Below, one piece after another: positions 1 to 10,910 of a stretch of 64,000 nucleotides of DNA. The stretch comes from a bacterium (lineage in GTDB: Bacteria > SAR324 > NAC60-12): NCBI GenBank assembly GCA_965205865.1, contig CBDBHR010000030.1:384001-448000 (forward strand), read 5' to 3'. Within the stretch, counting starts at the first letter, position 1. The number at the start of each line of letters is the position of its first letter. Under the pieces are notes generated by a model, which had not been told where the DNA came from, ran no database searches, and saw only the letters and a program-made list of their open reading frames with translations. The position numbers and the translations under genes are program-made.

Positions 1-1660
1 GAATATGCTATTTCACGAACCCGTGTGGCTGCATTACCAGTGAAATCGGTAAATACATTGGTAGAGATTTGTAAAGGTGTGATCGAGTACGCGCTACCTC
101 GGATGGCTAGGGTGAGCGTTAATACGCGTGACGTGTTCTGGACCGGGCGAATGCGTGTCGCAATGGAGGTGCTGTCCCGTCTCGTCCTGCGCTTGTCCTC
201 CGATTCGGCGGAAGTCATATTTGATAAGACATTGGAGTATTATCAAAATCATCAAATTGCGAGAGATCGCTGGTTGACCGACTCTGTACGTAACCTCTTG
301 AAACGTTCCTGGGAAGCTCTTCCGAAAGATCGCCGGCGTTGTCGTGTTCTCGACCTGGTAAACGCTCCGATTGTAGGAATGGACAACTTTACAGTGATTG
401 ACGAAAACTACCCTGATCCAGGGGAATTGCTGCACGATGATGACGAACTCTCTCCGCTGCCCCGTACTTCCGACAATGAGGTACTCTGGCAACAAGTGAC
501 CAGTTTGCTGATACGTGGCTTGCGTGCTGGTGACGAAGCACGTGAGCGGGCATTCGGAAGGATCGCATATGTGGCCCTGTGGGACCAACTGACTGAAACC
601 GAGAGATCCGATATCGCCTTGGCCCTCTGGAGCGGGCGGCACATTGCTCATAGCGTTCTACCCGACCAGACTCGAATTCTGGACTGGGTCTTCCTCTTGC
701 TGCCCGAACCAGAGCCTGGTTTGGCGGAACAGCGCTTCCGTCGAAAATGGCTGACCAACAACGAACCGCAAGAAAATAAATCGAGTCCCGATGATATTCT
801 CTGGCAAGTCGGGAACGCCTTATTGAGTCTGAGAGTTCACAGGTATCCGCTGAATTTGTCCGATGACGAACGGTGTTTCCTTATCAGAGTCGTCGATCAG
901 TGGTCAGACATTACGATACCAAGTAATTCCTTCGGTCCGATGGAAATCCAGATTCGCCAACCCACTCGCATGGCGATTTTTGGTCTGGCATCGGTTCTTC
1001 TGGAAATCAATATTCCGGAGTCTGTTGGTGAAAAGCTCTATGAAAAGGTTAAGGCTTTGAACAATTCCGGCCTTCCTGCTTTCAGGCTCATAGCCGGTCT
1101 TGTCAAGACATTACCGATTCGCTTTGACGAACTAGTCTTACTGATGAGAATGGGATTGGTGTCTGACAATACCACGCAGGGCAAAGACGCGGTAGTAGGA
1201 TTACATTTTTGGTTGCGGACAACTACCGAAACAGCTCCACGGTTACGCCTACCCCCAGACGACCTGATTCGTGAAATCGGCATAATGATAGCTACCCGCA
1301 GGAAAGCAGCGCTCCAACAGGCTCTGGATGTAGCTAAATGGATGTTTGAAAAGGGAAGCGATTCACAAAAGGAAATAATTCGCCCTTTGGCGTTACAAGG
1401 TCTGGGTTATCTGGTCGAGGAATTACGATACGACAGAGAGCATGAGCAGGACGACAACACGCCTCGATGTGCCGTTGCTGCGGTGCGCAGTGCAAAAGGA
1501 AATAATTCGACTTGCCCAATCAATGGCAACGATGGGTCTCGATGACCCCACCGTTGCCAGTTGGTTGAAGCTCATCGAAGAAGACCCATTGCCCGAAGTG
1601 CGACACGTGAAAGACCCGATTCGAGTACGTCAACGCGAGGCATCCCTACCTGGAGAATGA
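1..1660 (+). pseudogene. C-terminal part of a large helical protein, possibly a Dsr1-like (SIR2-associated) defence protein; frameshifted near 1455-1470
   Basis: ORF is open from the window edge (25..1545). The apparent C-terminus (DVPLLR...LAQSM...DPLPEVR) continues in another frame (1442..1660). The family call is from recollection of the RVAMEVLSRLVLRL segment and is unverified. Confidence 0.45.
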
Positions 1661-1727
1661 CGTTATAGCTCCCGCGTCAAGGGAAAGTGATACAATTGAA
1701 AATCATCTTGAATACAGGAGATTCGCA

Positions 1728-3320
1728 ATGAAGAAACCAAAAGAAGCCACTCCAATGGATACACAGATGTCGATATCTCCTGAAGTGCGGATTACAGCAA
1801 CAGATTTTGGTCCCATCACGAGTGGCACCATAGATCTGCGGCCACTGACGGTATTCGTTGGTCCAAGCAATACCGGCAAGACCTATTTCGCCATTCTCCT
1901 CTACGCATTACAACGGATCCTGGATGGATTTCCACGCTTTCCTAACACACGTCAACTTTTTCCTTCTCTTCTTAGGTTTCTCTCTGAAAAATTGTTGATC
2001 CCAAATATGGACAATGACGCGTGGGAAAAAGAACGCCAGGATGTTCTCGAAAAGCTGAAAACCGAGGGGCGGCCGTTCAGCTTTACGGATTTACCCGGGG
2101 GCGCGCAAAATATTTTCCAGGCTTTACTTAAGGACCCGGAGTTATTGGGGGCGGAGTTGGAGACTGAACTCATTCGCTGTTTCGATCTCAATTCTGTTTC
2201 CAATCTGATTCGATTGTCTGACACACCCGATGGGATGAAGATTTCGTTGACTATCTGCGAGGAAGATCTAAACCTATGGCATTTCCACTTTGGAATGTCG
2301 AAATCGGGTATCACCACGGATGGAGGAATCGAGAACGTAGTACTCTTTCCTGAAGGATGGTTAGCTTCGGAGTTAAACGATTGGGACTTCTCTCGTAGAC
2401 GATTAATCGAAAAGGTTCAGGGAACTAATTCCTCACGGGAATATCGGAATCTGCTATTTGAAATACTTCTTATGTTCTCGGACATGGCTGGTGGTGATCG
2501 AACCGGGATACATTACTTGCCTGCCGCGCGGAGTGGCATTATGCAGAGCCATCGCGTGATTGCGAGTTCCCTGGTGACGCGCTCCACCCGCGGTGGTCGG
2601 GAACGCTTTCCGGAACTTCCGACGTTCTCAGGCGTGATGGCCGATTTCTTGCAGCGACTCATCCTTTACGAAGGGGACCGAAAGCCGGACGATCTAATGA
2701 AAAACCTTGCTGACGCCCTCGAGAGTGAAGCGCTTGCCGGACAGATACGGACCAAGAGGGCTCCGCTGGGAGGGTATCCCGAATTCGTCTACCGACCTCA
2801 GGAAACAAAAGAGGACATCCGACTGACTCGTGCTTCGTCCATGGTCTCCGAACTTGCTCCCGTCGTGTTGTTTTTGCGCGGAACCATCAGCCGAGGCGAT
2901 ATGCTCATCATCGAAGAGCCCGAAGCTCACCTCCATCCGGCGGCACAGACCCAGATGGCAGTGACCCTGGCCCGCATGGTTCGCGCCGGGGTCCGGGTGG
3001 TGGTCACGACGCACAGCGACTGGCTGCTCAAGGAGATCGGAAACCTGATCCGGAAAGGGGAGTTGGAAGAAAAGACCGGCAAGCTGATGGACCAGAGTCC
3101 CCTTGCGAGCTCGCTCAGGCCGAGTGAGGTGGGTATCTGGCTGTTCCGAAAGGATTCGACTTCGGCAGGTTCGACAGTGGAGGAAATTCCATTCGACCGC
3201 AGCGAAGGAGTGGAGCCTGAGGACTATGAAAAAGTTGCTGAAGAACTTTACAACCGTTCGGCGAACCTTCAGAACCGGCTCGAGGAAATAAAGGGAGATG
3301 CGAAACGCAAAGTTGAATGA
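1728..3320 (+). CDS. ABC/AAA_15-21-type ATPase
   Basis: Walker A GPSNTGKT; signature-like ASSMVSE; Walker B/D-loop IIEEPEAHLHP; H-switch TTHS. Confidence 0.9.
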   Translation: MKKPKEATPMDTQMSISPEVRITATDFGPITSGTIDLRPLTVFVGPSNTGKTYFAILLYALQRILDGFPRFPNTRQLFPSLLRFLSEKLLIPNMDNDAWEKERQDVLEKLKTEGRPFSFTDLPGGAQNIFQALLKDPELLGAELETELIRCFDLNSVSNLIRLSDTPDGMKISLTICEEDLNLWHFHFGMSKSGITTDGGIENVVLFPEGWLASELNDWDFSRRRLIEKVQGTNSSREYRNLLFEILLMFSDMAGGDRTGIHYLPAARSGIMQSHRVIASSLVTRSTRGGRERFPELPTFSGVMADFLQRLILYEGDRKPDDLMKNLADALESEALAGQIRTKRAPLGGYPEFVYRPQETKEDIRLTRASSMVSELAPVVLFLRGTISRGDMLIIEEPEAHLHPAAQTQMAVTLARMVRAGVRVVVTTHSDWLLKEIGNLIRKGELEEKTGKLMDQSPLASSLRPSEVGIWLFRKDSTSAGSTVEEIPFDRSEGVEPEDYEKVAEELYNRSANLQNRLEEIKGDAKRKVE

Positions 3321-3798
3321 GGTTCTCGACGGAATCCGATCACGAGTGGGTACAGAAAACCTCAGCGATTCGTGCGGCCGGGACGGATGCCGGGTGTCCA
3401 TGGAGGACGTGCCATCTCCCCGAATCATAGTGGACGCGGAACGAGCGTTTCCGGCTCACGAAATGTCAGGCAAACGCTGTGACTTTGTTCTTTTCTTCAT
3501 AAGTTCCGCCGGAGAAATTCTCCTCACACTTCCCATTGAACTCAAGAGCGGCGGTGTCGACGCATCGGAGGTGTCCGAGCAACTGCAACGAGGCGCGGAT
3601 TTCGCCGTTCGCGTTGCGCCGAAAATCTTCAAGTCTGTCTGCCACCCGATTCTGTTTCATGGTAGAAGCATTCACCCGAAACAGCGCAAGACGCTTAACC
3701 GTTCCAAGGTTCGCTTTCACGACCTCCATTTGACCATCAAGACGGCGCGTTGCAATCGTCCCAAAAATCTGGCGCGTACCTTGGAAGACAAAGTCTGA
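3298..3798 (+). CDS. Hypothetical protein with PD-(D/E)xK-like motif, overlapping the ATPase gene
   Basis: KRCDF...IELKSG motif; overlaps the ATPase 3' end. Confidence 0.65.
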   Translation: MRNAKLNEVLDGIRSRVGTENLSDSCGRDGCRVSMEDVPSPRIIVDAERAFPAHEMSGKRCDFVLFFISSAGEILLTLPIELKSGGVDASEVSEQLQRGADFAVRVAPKIFKSVCHPILFHGRSIHPKQRKTLNRSKVRFHDLHLTIKTARCNRPKNLARTLEDKV

Positions 3799-3908
3799 AG
3801 TTGTTCCCTGTTCAGGCTGATTTCAGAATACCGCGTTTTCTTGAATCTTCAATAATATCAGTATCCTGAATTCGACACGATGATCGACGTTTTCAGAGTG
3901 TCTTGGTC

Positions 3909-4281
3909 TCAGCCGTTTCTACTTTCCCGCAGCAGGAAGATTCCCATTGAACCTGCAAGCAGCGGGAGGGTGGCATCGATGAGTAACCAGACGAGGTTGC
4001 GCGTGTCCGTTCCGACTGCGCTGTATGCGGGAGTGAGCGTGTTGAACCAGTTCCAGAAGAAGAGGATACCCACGAACAGGAAGCCATAGAACTGGATGTT
4101 GGCGGTTATAAACTCGCGTGAGATCATCCTGCTGCCATCTTCACCAGCAAGGTCTCTCTTGCGGATGTAGGCGAAGATCACTCCCAACACGATGGTGAGC
4201 AGCATCAACGGGTTCAGGGTATCCCAAATCCAACGACTGTAAGCCCCCGCTTCGCTAGAGACGTGATAAAGCGGCTCAAAT
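3909..4281 (-). pseudogene. Small membrane protein, 5'-truncated at a TIR
   Basis: Three hydrophobic helices; reading frame (FEPLYHVSSEAGAY...) runs up to the GGGG at 4282 without a start codon. Confidence 0.6.
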
Positions 4282-4795
4282 GGGGTCAGGCTTGCGTATT
4301 GGTATTTAATTTGTGAAATGCCACTCAGACAAAGGATTGAGACTTGGTTCCTTTCTGAAACCTTCTTTGCTGAACAGACAACGCATTGCCTTTCAAACCC
4401 AGATGAGAGTCAATCCTCAGATGCGTGAAAACTCCTGCACTATAGACAATTTCTCAATACCAATATGCGGTCACCGTAAAGAACTGACTTATAGTGGTTT
4501 CCAGCCACCTTTCGTCATTCCTCCGGTACAGATCCGGACGTGCACTGCTAACGCATCCGGCTCCTGCTTCGAGTCAGACGCTCAAACGTTGCCGTTTGGC
4601 GCACAAGGTCAGCGCCTGAAACTATGATTTCGGAGCTCAATACCGAGCCTATGTTCTCCCCTGTCAACGCTTAGCGCCTATCCTTGCGAATAACCACTCA
4701 TGACTCGGGGACTCGGCGGGTCGTTACTGCCTTACCGAGTAAGAGACTTTCACTCTCTATTTCTTGCCAGCTTTCCTGGCGCAGGGCCTGACCCC
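4282..4795. mobile_element. Non-autonomous TIR element A (GGGGTCAGGCY family) carrying a mini group II intron in its right TIR
   Basis: Left TIR ggggtcaggcttgcgtattggtatt. Right TIR read on the minus strand is ggggtcaggcc|cgcatattggtatt once 4470-4784 is removed. Confidence 0.85.
4470..4784 (-). ncRNA. ORF-less, internally deleted group II intron copy (5' ~183 nt plus DV/DVI)
   Basis: Near-identical to 41358-41540 and 39584-39704; the 5' end is CUGCG rather than GUGCG; 3' end ...GGUGAC. Confidence 0.9.
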
Positions 4796-4939
4796 TTCTG
4801 GCCAACCTGCCGCGTTAATCTGTATTTTAGGCATTATTATGTGTCTGATTTTATATTTTATGGGCGTATAATGTGATTATATACACATTTAATAGATATA
4901 CTATTGACACGTCTCCTCCTTCATGGGAGAATATCTACT

Positions 4940-5262
4940 ATGAAAAGAGATATTTATCAGAAATTACTCAAGTGGAAATCTTCGCGTAGAAGGAAGCCCC
5001 TTCTTTTGCAGGGTGCTCGGCAGACAGGGAAGACCTATATTCTAAAGGCATTCGGAGAGAGCGAATATGAGCATCTCATATACTGCAACTTCGAAGAGGA
5101 TACTGGTCTTGACGAGTTTTTCAGGCGTGATCTCAATCCGGAAAGAATCCTCAGAGATCTCTCGATATACTACGACCATAAAATAAAGCCGGAAACCGAT
5201 CTCTTGGTGTTTGATGAGTTACAGACCTCAAATCGCGCGCTGAACGCGCTGAAATATTTTGA
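4940..5262 (+). pseudogene. AAA_14-type ATPase, N-terminal fragment
   Basis: MKRDIYQKLLKWK...GARQTGKT...FDELQ, then fused to unrelated sequence. Confidence 0.8.
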
Positions 5263-5264
5263 AG

Positions 5265-5745
5265 ATGAGCCCTTGGCGGGGGCAATTGATGTACAGTCCA
5301 GCGTGATATCGGGCATTGTGCCGGAAGCCGCGTCGACCCCCAGCTTGGTTAGAAAATCGGTGACAGGGATGATAGTGAGCTTCATTGAAAAACCGTGGCC
5401 CTCTTTATTAAATTCTTCGACCATCGCTTCGCTCCAATCTGAATTGTTGTAGCTAATCCACATCTCCAACACCTTCTTTTGAGCCAGCCAGTTCGAAATG
5501 ACTTTAAATCAGCAAGCGAGTATTTTTACAATTTTTTGTGCGCTTACCAATTGAAAGGGGAGTGGAGTCTGGCTAGGAGGCCTCTTTTTCGTTTCCCCGT
5601 CGCCAAGTCCACTTTCCCCCCAAGGAATCCGGAAATGCTGACGATCAAGACTGCGATGAGCACATTGAGCGCCGTCGCCTCGCGCTAGCGACTATTCATA
5701 CCTTACCCTCGGGTCCAAATAGGGGTAAATCAGAGAAACAAAAAG
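5265..5745 (-). pseudogene. Patchwork of ABC-transporter fragments: sugar SBP-like (~5265-5490), DppC-like (~5597-5685), DppB C-terminus (~5692-5745)
   Basis: Translations FLTKLGVDAASGTMPDI; GATALNVLIAVLIVSISGFLGGKVDLA; LIYPYLDPRVRYE* (same C-terminus as 9910..10872). Confidence 0.6.
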
Positions 5746-5987
5746 CCAACGCCCCACTACAAGGTTATTTACAAAGTGAGGCCCTGCAACGGTTGGAAAA
5801 TCTGAAAGCCTATGTGATTGTCTTTGTGGGAAGCGAGGCAAAAGCAGTGGAAGCCATGGAATTGTGAGAACAACCCCTTTAGTCCGCTTACACGTTGATC
5901 TGTGAAAGCCTATTTTCAAAACCACCATGCGCAATCCCCCTCATCCTGGTGAAATAATTAAGGAATTATGCCATATTTTTGTAGCAA

Positions 5988-6596
5988 TCATTCAGATGGG
6001 CCACTCATTTTATATGAGCCTTTTGGCGGAAGAAGCCCAACCTCTCTTGCAAAAACATCTAGCCGGTTAGCAGTTCCTGTTCCCAAATGTAGTTTTACCA
6101 ATGGACGGAGGTCATCATATTTAAGCTCTTCAACCATCAAAAGTGACTTAGCATCTTGATCATCTTTGGTTTCCCCCGAAACTAATTTCATAGTGATTAG
6201 GTAGGGCAGGCTCACAACGGGTAGGATTTCACCAAAAATTTCTACGTCTCGCCTTGCATATTCAATAGCTTCTCTAAAAAGAATATCCAATCCATCTAAT
6301 CTACGATCAATAAAGTCTACAATCAAATCAGATTCTCTTACAGCCACTCCTCCAATAGGTAATGGGTATGTTTTTAATCCTTTATGTTTAAGGGCTTCTT
6401 CAATTTTAGCTGTGTCACTCGTTAAGATGGCTAAATCAACATCTTTAGTAAATTGTTGGCGATCTGTTGGAAGGAAAACCCAGCTTGCTACTCTACCAAT
6501 CAATGCATAATTTTGAATTCCGGTTTCCCGAAGAAAATTAAGAGCGGCTTTAAGAGATGGGTTAGGATCAAAAGTAGGGATCTGATGAATTACCAT
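5988..6596 (-). CDS. Nucleotidyltransferase-fold protein
   Basis: YALIGRVA...TKDVDL motif and C-terminal MKL...KDDQDA; AT-rich. Confidence 0.7.
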   Translation of the reverse strand: MVIHQIPTFDPNPSLKAALNFLRETGIQNYALIGRVASWVFLPTDRQQFTKDVDLAILTSDTAKIEEALKHKGLKTYPLPIGGVAVRESDLIVDFIDRRLDGLDILFREAIEYARRDVEIFGEILPVVSLPYLITMKLVSGETKDDQDAKSLLMVEELKYDDLRPLVKLHLGTGTANRLDVFAREVGLLPPKGSYKMSGPSE

Positions 6597-6806
6597 AATG
6601 TTAGTTCATTTGAATAAAGTGTTTTCCTGAATTGTTGTGTCGTCCCTGCGGGACTTTGAAGGAGACTGTATTTTGTTCCCAGTGATGAATCGCTGGGCTA
6701 CTTCCTTTTGTCCTTCCAGGACTTTTTCTTACATACGAATCTCAAACTTATATTTACCAGAAGCATAACAGAGTAAGTAGTTGACCCTTTATTTTTTAAC
6801 ATGTCA

Positions 6807-8502
6807 CCTAAATCCTGCAATTGAATATTTTGATTGAGTTTCCCCCCACTCTTTGAGAGGTTTTTTTAAAAAAAAGGATTTGAGAGTTGAATTTCCATCA
6901 GTCCTTGCTCATAAAGGTTTTTCCGCCCTCCATTAGATCGTCATATTTTGTGATGATCTGATACCCGCTTTCGCGGGCACAAGATTCAAGACGTACTTCT
7001 CCCTGGATTTGGGAATCTACATCTCAGCAAAATGTATCCACTGGAGTGAAACAAAGGATCCAGGTCTCTCCAACAGCGACCCATGCATCCCATTGAGCAT
7101 TGTAAAGTGTTCTTTCCGGAACTCTCAGTTTTTGTTGACGAGCGCCACTCGTCCATTTTCCTGCCATTCGGACAAGATAGGTGCGCATGGTGGCCGGTTC
7201 CCAACGGCGCAGTATTGCGTTACCACTACAAAGGGCCATCCAGCGCAGCGTGTTGTAAGCGAGTATCGCGCATTGGAACAAGGCACTGTTGGCCCAAAAA
7301 TCGTCGGTTTTAATCTGAGCCAGCGCAGTTTGATTTTTTGCTTCCTCAATCCATGTCTCAGCGACCGCCCTTTGGCCATACTCTTTGTGAGCCTGCCAGG
7401 GAGTGAGCGCGTCAGTGAGAACATAACAAAAATAATCGTACTCCTTCATCTCAAAGAGGGTGGCCATCCCTTTGAGTTCCTCCTCTTTCTCCCTGCGTAC
7501 GGCCATGAATTTTCTTGACCTCCTCCAAGTTTCACATTGGTGGGAAAACTCACACCCTTCCCAAGCGGGCTGCCCCTTCACTTTTTGCCATTTTTGGGTT
7601 TCCAACAACGAGACAAGCCCCTTGAGTTTGACCTTGATCAGATAGCCATGGCCTCGTTCTTCGAGGAAATCCAGCAAATCCCCCACAAAAAAACCACTGT
7701 CTCCACGAAACAGAGTGCGAGTCCGATTTGGAAGGTGAGCGAGAAGTTGCCGCATGAATTCAACGACTCCATTGCTGGTATAGGCACTCCCATCACGAAG
7801 CCAACCCTGAAGAATCTCCTTTGTCTCTGCGCAAAATGCCAGCAGAGGATGATACGAAGCTGCACCGCGTTTGTGGGGATTATATCCGACAGACACTCCT
7901 TGCTGCTTGCCGTAGGCCGTTTTCACAGTGGAGTCCACGTCAATCACAAGACAGTGTAACACCCCAACGATGCTTGTCCCACTTCGAAGCGCCTTACGCC
8001 AGATACCGGCTCGAATCCGATGGTTCAAGCTCTCCATCTCATTGATGTTTTTCTGTGTGAAAGTACGCAGTATCCGGCCGAATGTGGTTTCATCCGGAAT
8101 CCTCAGCCAACCGGCCACACGACTCAAAACACGGTCGTTCCAAACTGTCACAATCGAACGAATCGAACGGGCGCCACCAACAATGCCGACCACCGACAAA
8201 ATGACCATGTCCACCGCGTCATAAAGACCCGTGGCGCCACGCCGATGATCTACGGTCTGCTCTGTCTTTGAAACAATCCCTTCTTTGTGAAAAAATTTGA
8301 CAACCGGAATCAAGCCTGCTTGCGCGGTCAGGTCTCTGCCTCCCTGGCTGATATGGATGTTTTTTGCTGTCGTTCTTGCCGATCTTGCGCTACCTTTGTT
8401 TTTCATGGTAATGGTGATCTCTTAAAATGTTGATTCTGGTGTTAACTATTTGAGTATATTACCATTTCCATGTTTGATTGTCATCTAATTGCAGGATTTA
8501 GG
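6807..8502 (-). mobile_element. IS1380-family element, copy 1 (1696 bp)
   Basis: TIRs CCTAAATCCTGCAATT; 5-bp TSD TGTCA (6802-6806, 8503-8507). Confidence 0.95.
7024..8406 (-). CDS. IS1380-family DDE transposase
   Basis: IDVDST, YHPL, RGDSGF and W-I-E-E-A-K motifs; 460 aa. Confidence 0.95.
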   Translation of the reverse strand: MKNKGSARSARTTAKNIHISQGGRDLTAQAGLIPVVKFFHKEGIVSKTEQTVDHRRGATGLYDAVDMVILSVVGIVGGARSIRSIVTVWNDRVLSRVAGWLRIPDETTFGRILRTFTQKNINEMESLNHRIRAGIWRKALRSGTSIVGVLHCLVIDVDSTVKTAYGKQQGVSVGYNPHKRGAASYHPLLAFCAETKEILQGWLRDGSAYTSNGVVEFMRQLLAHLPNRTRTLFRGDSGFFVGDLLDFLEERGHGYLIKVKLKGLVSLLETQKWQKVKGQPAWEGCEFSHQCETWRRSRKFMAVRREKEEELKGMATLFEMKEYDYFCYVLTDALTPWQAHKEYGQRAVAETWIEEAKNQTALAQIKTDDFWANSALFQCAILAYNTLRWMALCSGNAILRRWEPATMRTYLVRMAGKWTSGARQQKLRVPERTLYNAQWDAWVAVGETWILCFTPVDTFC

Positions 8503-8625
8503 TGTCATTCTGAGCTTACCAAGAATCTCCAGGTCCACAGAGATCCTTCGCAGGCTCAGGATGACCGTTCTGATAGGTTCTCTCGAAAGACTTAAAATGT
8601 TAAAAAACTTTTGACCTGGTACTTA

Positions 8626-8841
8626 AACCGAGTTCGAGATAAGAATCTAATAAATTCAATATGTTATGGAATCTTCATATCTTAGAGAAACCTTGTCATT
8701 CCTGCGAAAGCAGGAATCCGGAGGTATGCAGCCAGACTGAAATCCGGATCCCCGCTCCCCGCTTTCGCGGGGACAAGTTTCGCGAGGATGACATATAAAC
8801 TAGGATACTCATATTATTGAAGATTTATGTCGAACTCAGGT
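8626..8841. mobile_element. MITE with ACCTGAGTTCGA-type TIR, containing a GTCAT-tagged REP pair
   Basis: TIR (a)accgagttcgagataa...ttatgtcgaactcaggt; 6-bp TSD TACTTA; inverted sister copy at 21622-21831. Confidence 0.8.
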
Positions 8842-9090
8842 TACTTAATAACTCGGAAACGACGGGTAATGCTTTTTAGAGGTTGAAAACAGAGGCCGGA
8901 AAGAGTATTTTCTAGTTGCTCAAAACTTGACCACCTCTTTCACTTAAAAGCCTCATGATTTTATATTTAACAAGGGTTCCCAGATTTGTAAACCTAATTT
9001 TAAAAACAATGCCCGGTATTTTTCGTCATCGGCATGCCCTGATGTTTACTTGGCTGCTAGTCCTTCAGATCGTTTGTTCTGAAATGAGTG

Positions 9091-9905
9091 GGGGTCAGGC
9101 TTCGTTAAATCGTTATTGAAATTTTTCATATTTTTGATAGACTTTTCTTTTTAGTTTTTTAACTCTATCTGAAAGGAGTCCTATGTCTCGTAAACCCCGA
9201 ATTCATCTTGCCGGCGGTATGTATCATGTGATGCTTCGTGGAAATGGAGGACAGGCTATCTTTTTTCGGAAAGAGATCGCCAAGTGATCTATATTTTTTG
9301 CAACTCATCCGCTACATTCATCAAAATCCTTGGCGTGCGGGTTTGGTTGAAGATTTGAAAGACTATCCCGATAGCAGTCATTTGTGTTATTTGGAGCATG
9401 AACAAAAGGATTGGCTGTATCTTGATGCGGTTTACCAACGATTTGGAAAACGTCGGTCAGTGGTGATCAGAAAATACACTGCCTTCATCGATGAAAAGGA
9501 AGAGGAGGCGTCTGTTTTCAGGAATGGAGAAGCTCAACCCGACATTATTGGTGATGAGAGTTTTGCCGAAACGGTGAGACCGCGTGTCGAAGAAAACATT
9601 CAAATAGTGCTGAGATGGGAAGATATTCTGAAAAGTGTTGGCGCGATCTTGCAGGTGAATCCTGAGGTGCTCAAAACCCCCGGCAGGCAAAGGAAAAATG
9701 CGCGAGCGCGAGCATTTATCGCGCTCTTTGTTGAAGAATTTTCAGTGACTTCCTTCCAGGAGATCGCCCGTTTTTTTAAGAGAGATATTGTCACCATCAG
9801 CCAAGGGGTGAGTCGACTGAGAAACAATCTCCCTGTCGATGCCAACCTCCGCAGGCAATATGACGCGATTCGCAATCAATTAACGAAATAACGAAGCCTG
9901 ACCCC
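9091..9905 (+). mobile_element. TIR element B with an internally deleted Y1/HUH transposase
   Basis: TIRs ggggtcaggcttcgtta(aa/tt)tcgtta. ATG 9183 gives MSRKPRIHLAGGMYHVMLRGNGG, then jumps to YFLQLIRYIHQNP, so the HUH motif is missing; C-terminal HTH; stop codon lies inside the TIR. Confidence 0.85.
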
Positions 9906-9909
9906 GAAA

Positions 9910-10872
9910 TTATCCATAACGGACCCTGGGGTCTAAGTACGGATAGATCAGGTCGATCATTAGATTGCCCCCTACAACCATGGTGGCGAAAACCAGGTTT
10001 ACTCCGGAGACCACCGGGTAGTCTCTGTTTTGGAGTGCATCAAGCAAGAGCCGACCTAGCCCCGGCAGGTTAAAGATGTTCTCCATGATAACGGCGCCGC
10101 CTACCAGCAAAGGCAACTGCAGGCCAATCAGGGTCACCACCGGGATGAGGGCATTTTTGATGGTGTGCCGGATAATCACGACCCGCTCCCGGAGCCCCTT
10201 GGACCAGGCGGTCCGGATATAGTCCTGCCGGAGCACCTCCAGCATCATGGTGCGCATCATCCGCATGGTGGCGGCTGCCGAGGACGTCCCCAGAATCAGG
10301 CTGGGAATGAAGAACCCCCAGAGATTCCCCAGCGGGTCTTCTGTGAAAGAAACCAGCTCCATCGGTGGCGCCCAGCCCCACCAGATTGCCGGGTATATCA
10401 TGACCATAATTCCCAGCCAGAAGTTAGGCGTTGCCAGGCCGATGATGGCGATGAAGCGCCCCAGGTAGTCGGCGGCCGTATCCTGGCGAATCGCCGAGTA
10501 GATGCCGACCGGCAGGGCTATCATGAGCCCGATTACGATTGCCATGACACCGAGCTCCAGGGTAACCGGCAGTCTATCTAATATCCTCTCCTCTACCGCC
10601 CAACTGGCCATCAGTGATTCGCCAAGGGTGCCGTGCCGGAGAATACCTCCTAGCCAGCGTCCATACTGCACGTAGACAGGCACGTCTAATCCCAGCTTAT
10701 GCTCAAGAGCCTCACGGTCAATCTCCGCCCAGCCAGAGTACGTTTCCATGTTCATCATCATTACGTCTATTGTATCGCCGGGGATGAAGCGGACCGAGAG
10801 GAAGACCAGGATGCTCAATATAAACAAGGTGGGGATTATCAGCAATAACCGCCTGATGATGTAGGCTCTCAT
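9910..10872 (-). CDS. ABC peptide/nickel transporter permease (DppB/OppB-like)
   Basis: YIIRRLL start; EAA-like loop DYIRTAWSKGL; LDPRVRY end. Confidence 0.95.
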   Translation of the reverse strand: MRAYIIRRLLLIIPTLFILSILVFLSVRFIPGDTIDVMMMNMETYSGWAEIDREALEHKLGLDVPVYVQYGRWLGGILRHGTLGESLMASWAVEERILDRLPVTLELGVMAIVIGLMIALPVGIYSAIRQDTAADYLGRFIAIIGLATPNFWLGIMVMIYPAIWWGWAPPMELVSFTEDPLGNLWGFFIPSLILGTSSAAATMRMMRTMMLEVLRQDYIRTAWSKGLRERVVIIRHTIKNALIPVVTLIGLQLPLLVGGAVIMENIFNLPGLGRLLLDALQNRDYPVVSGVNLVFATMVVGGNLMIDLIYPYLDPRVRYG

Positions 10873-10910
10873 GTGATACGCCTCATTGCAATTTCCCCCG
10901 TTATTTCTTT

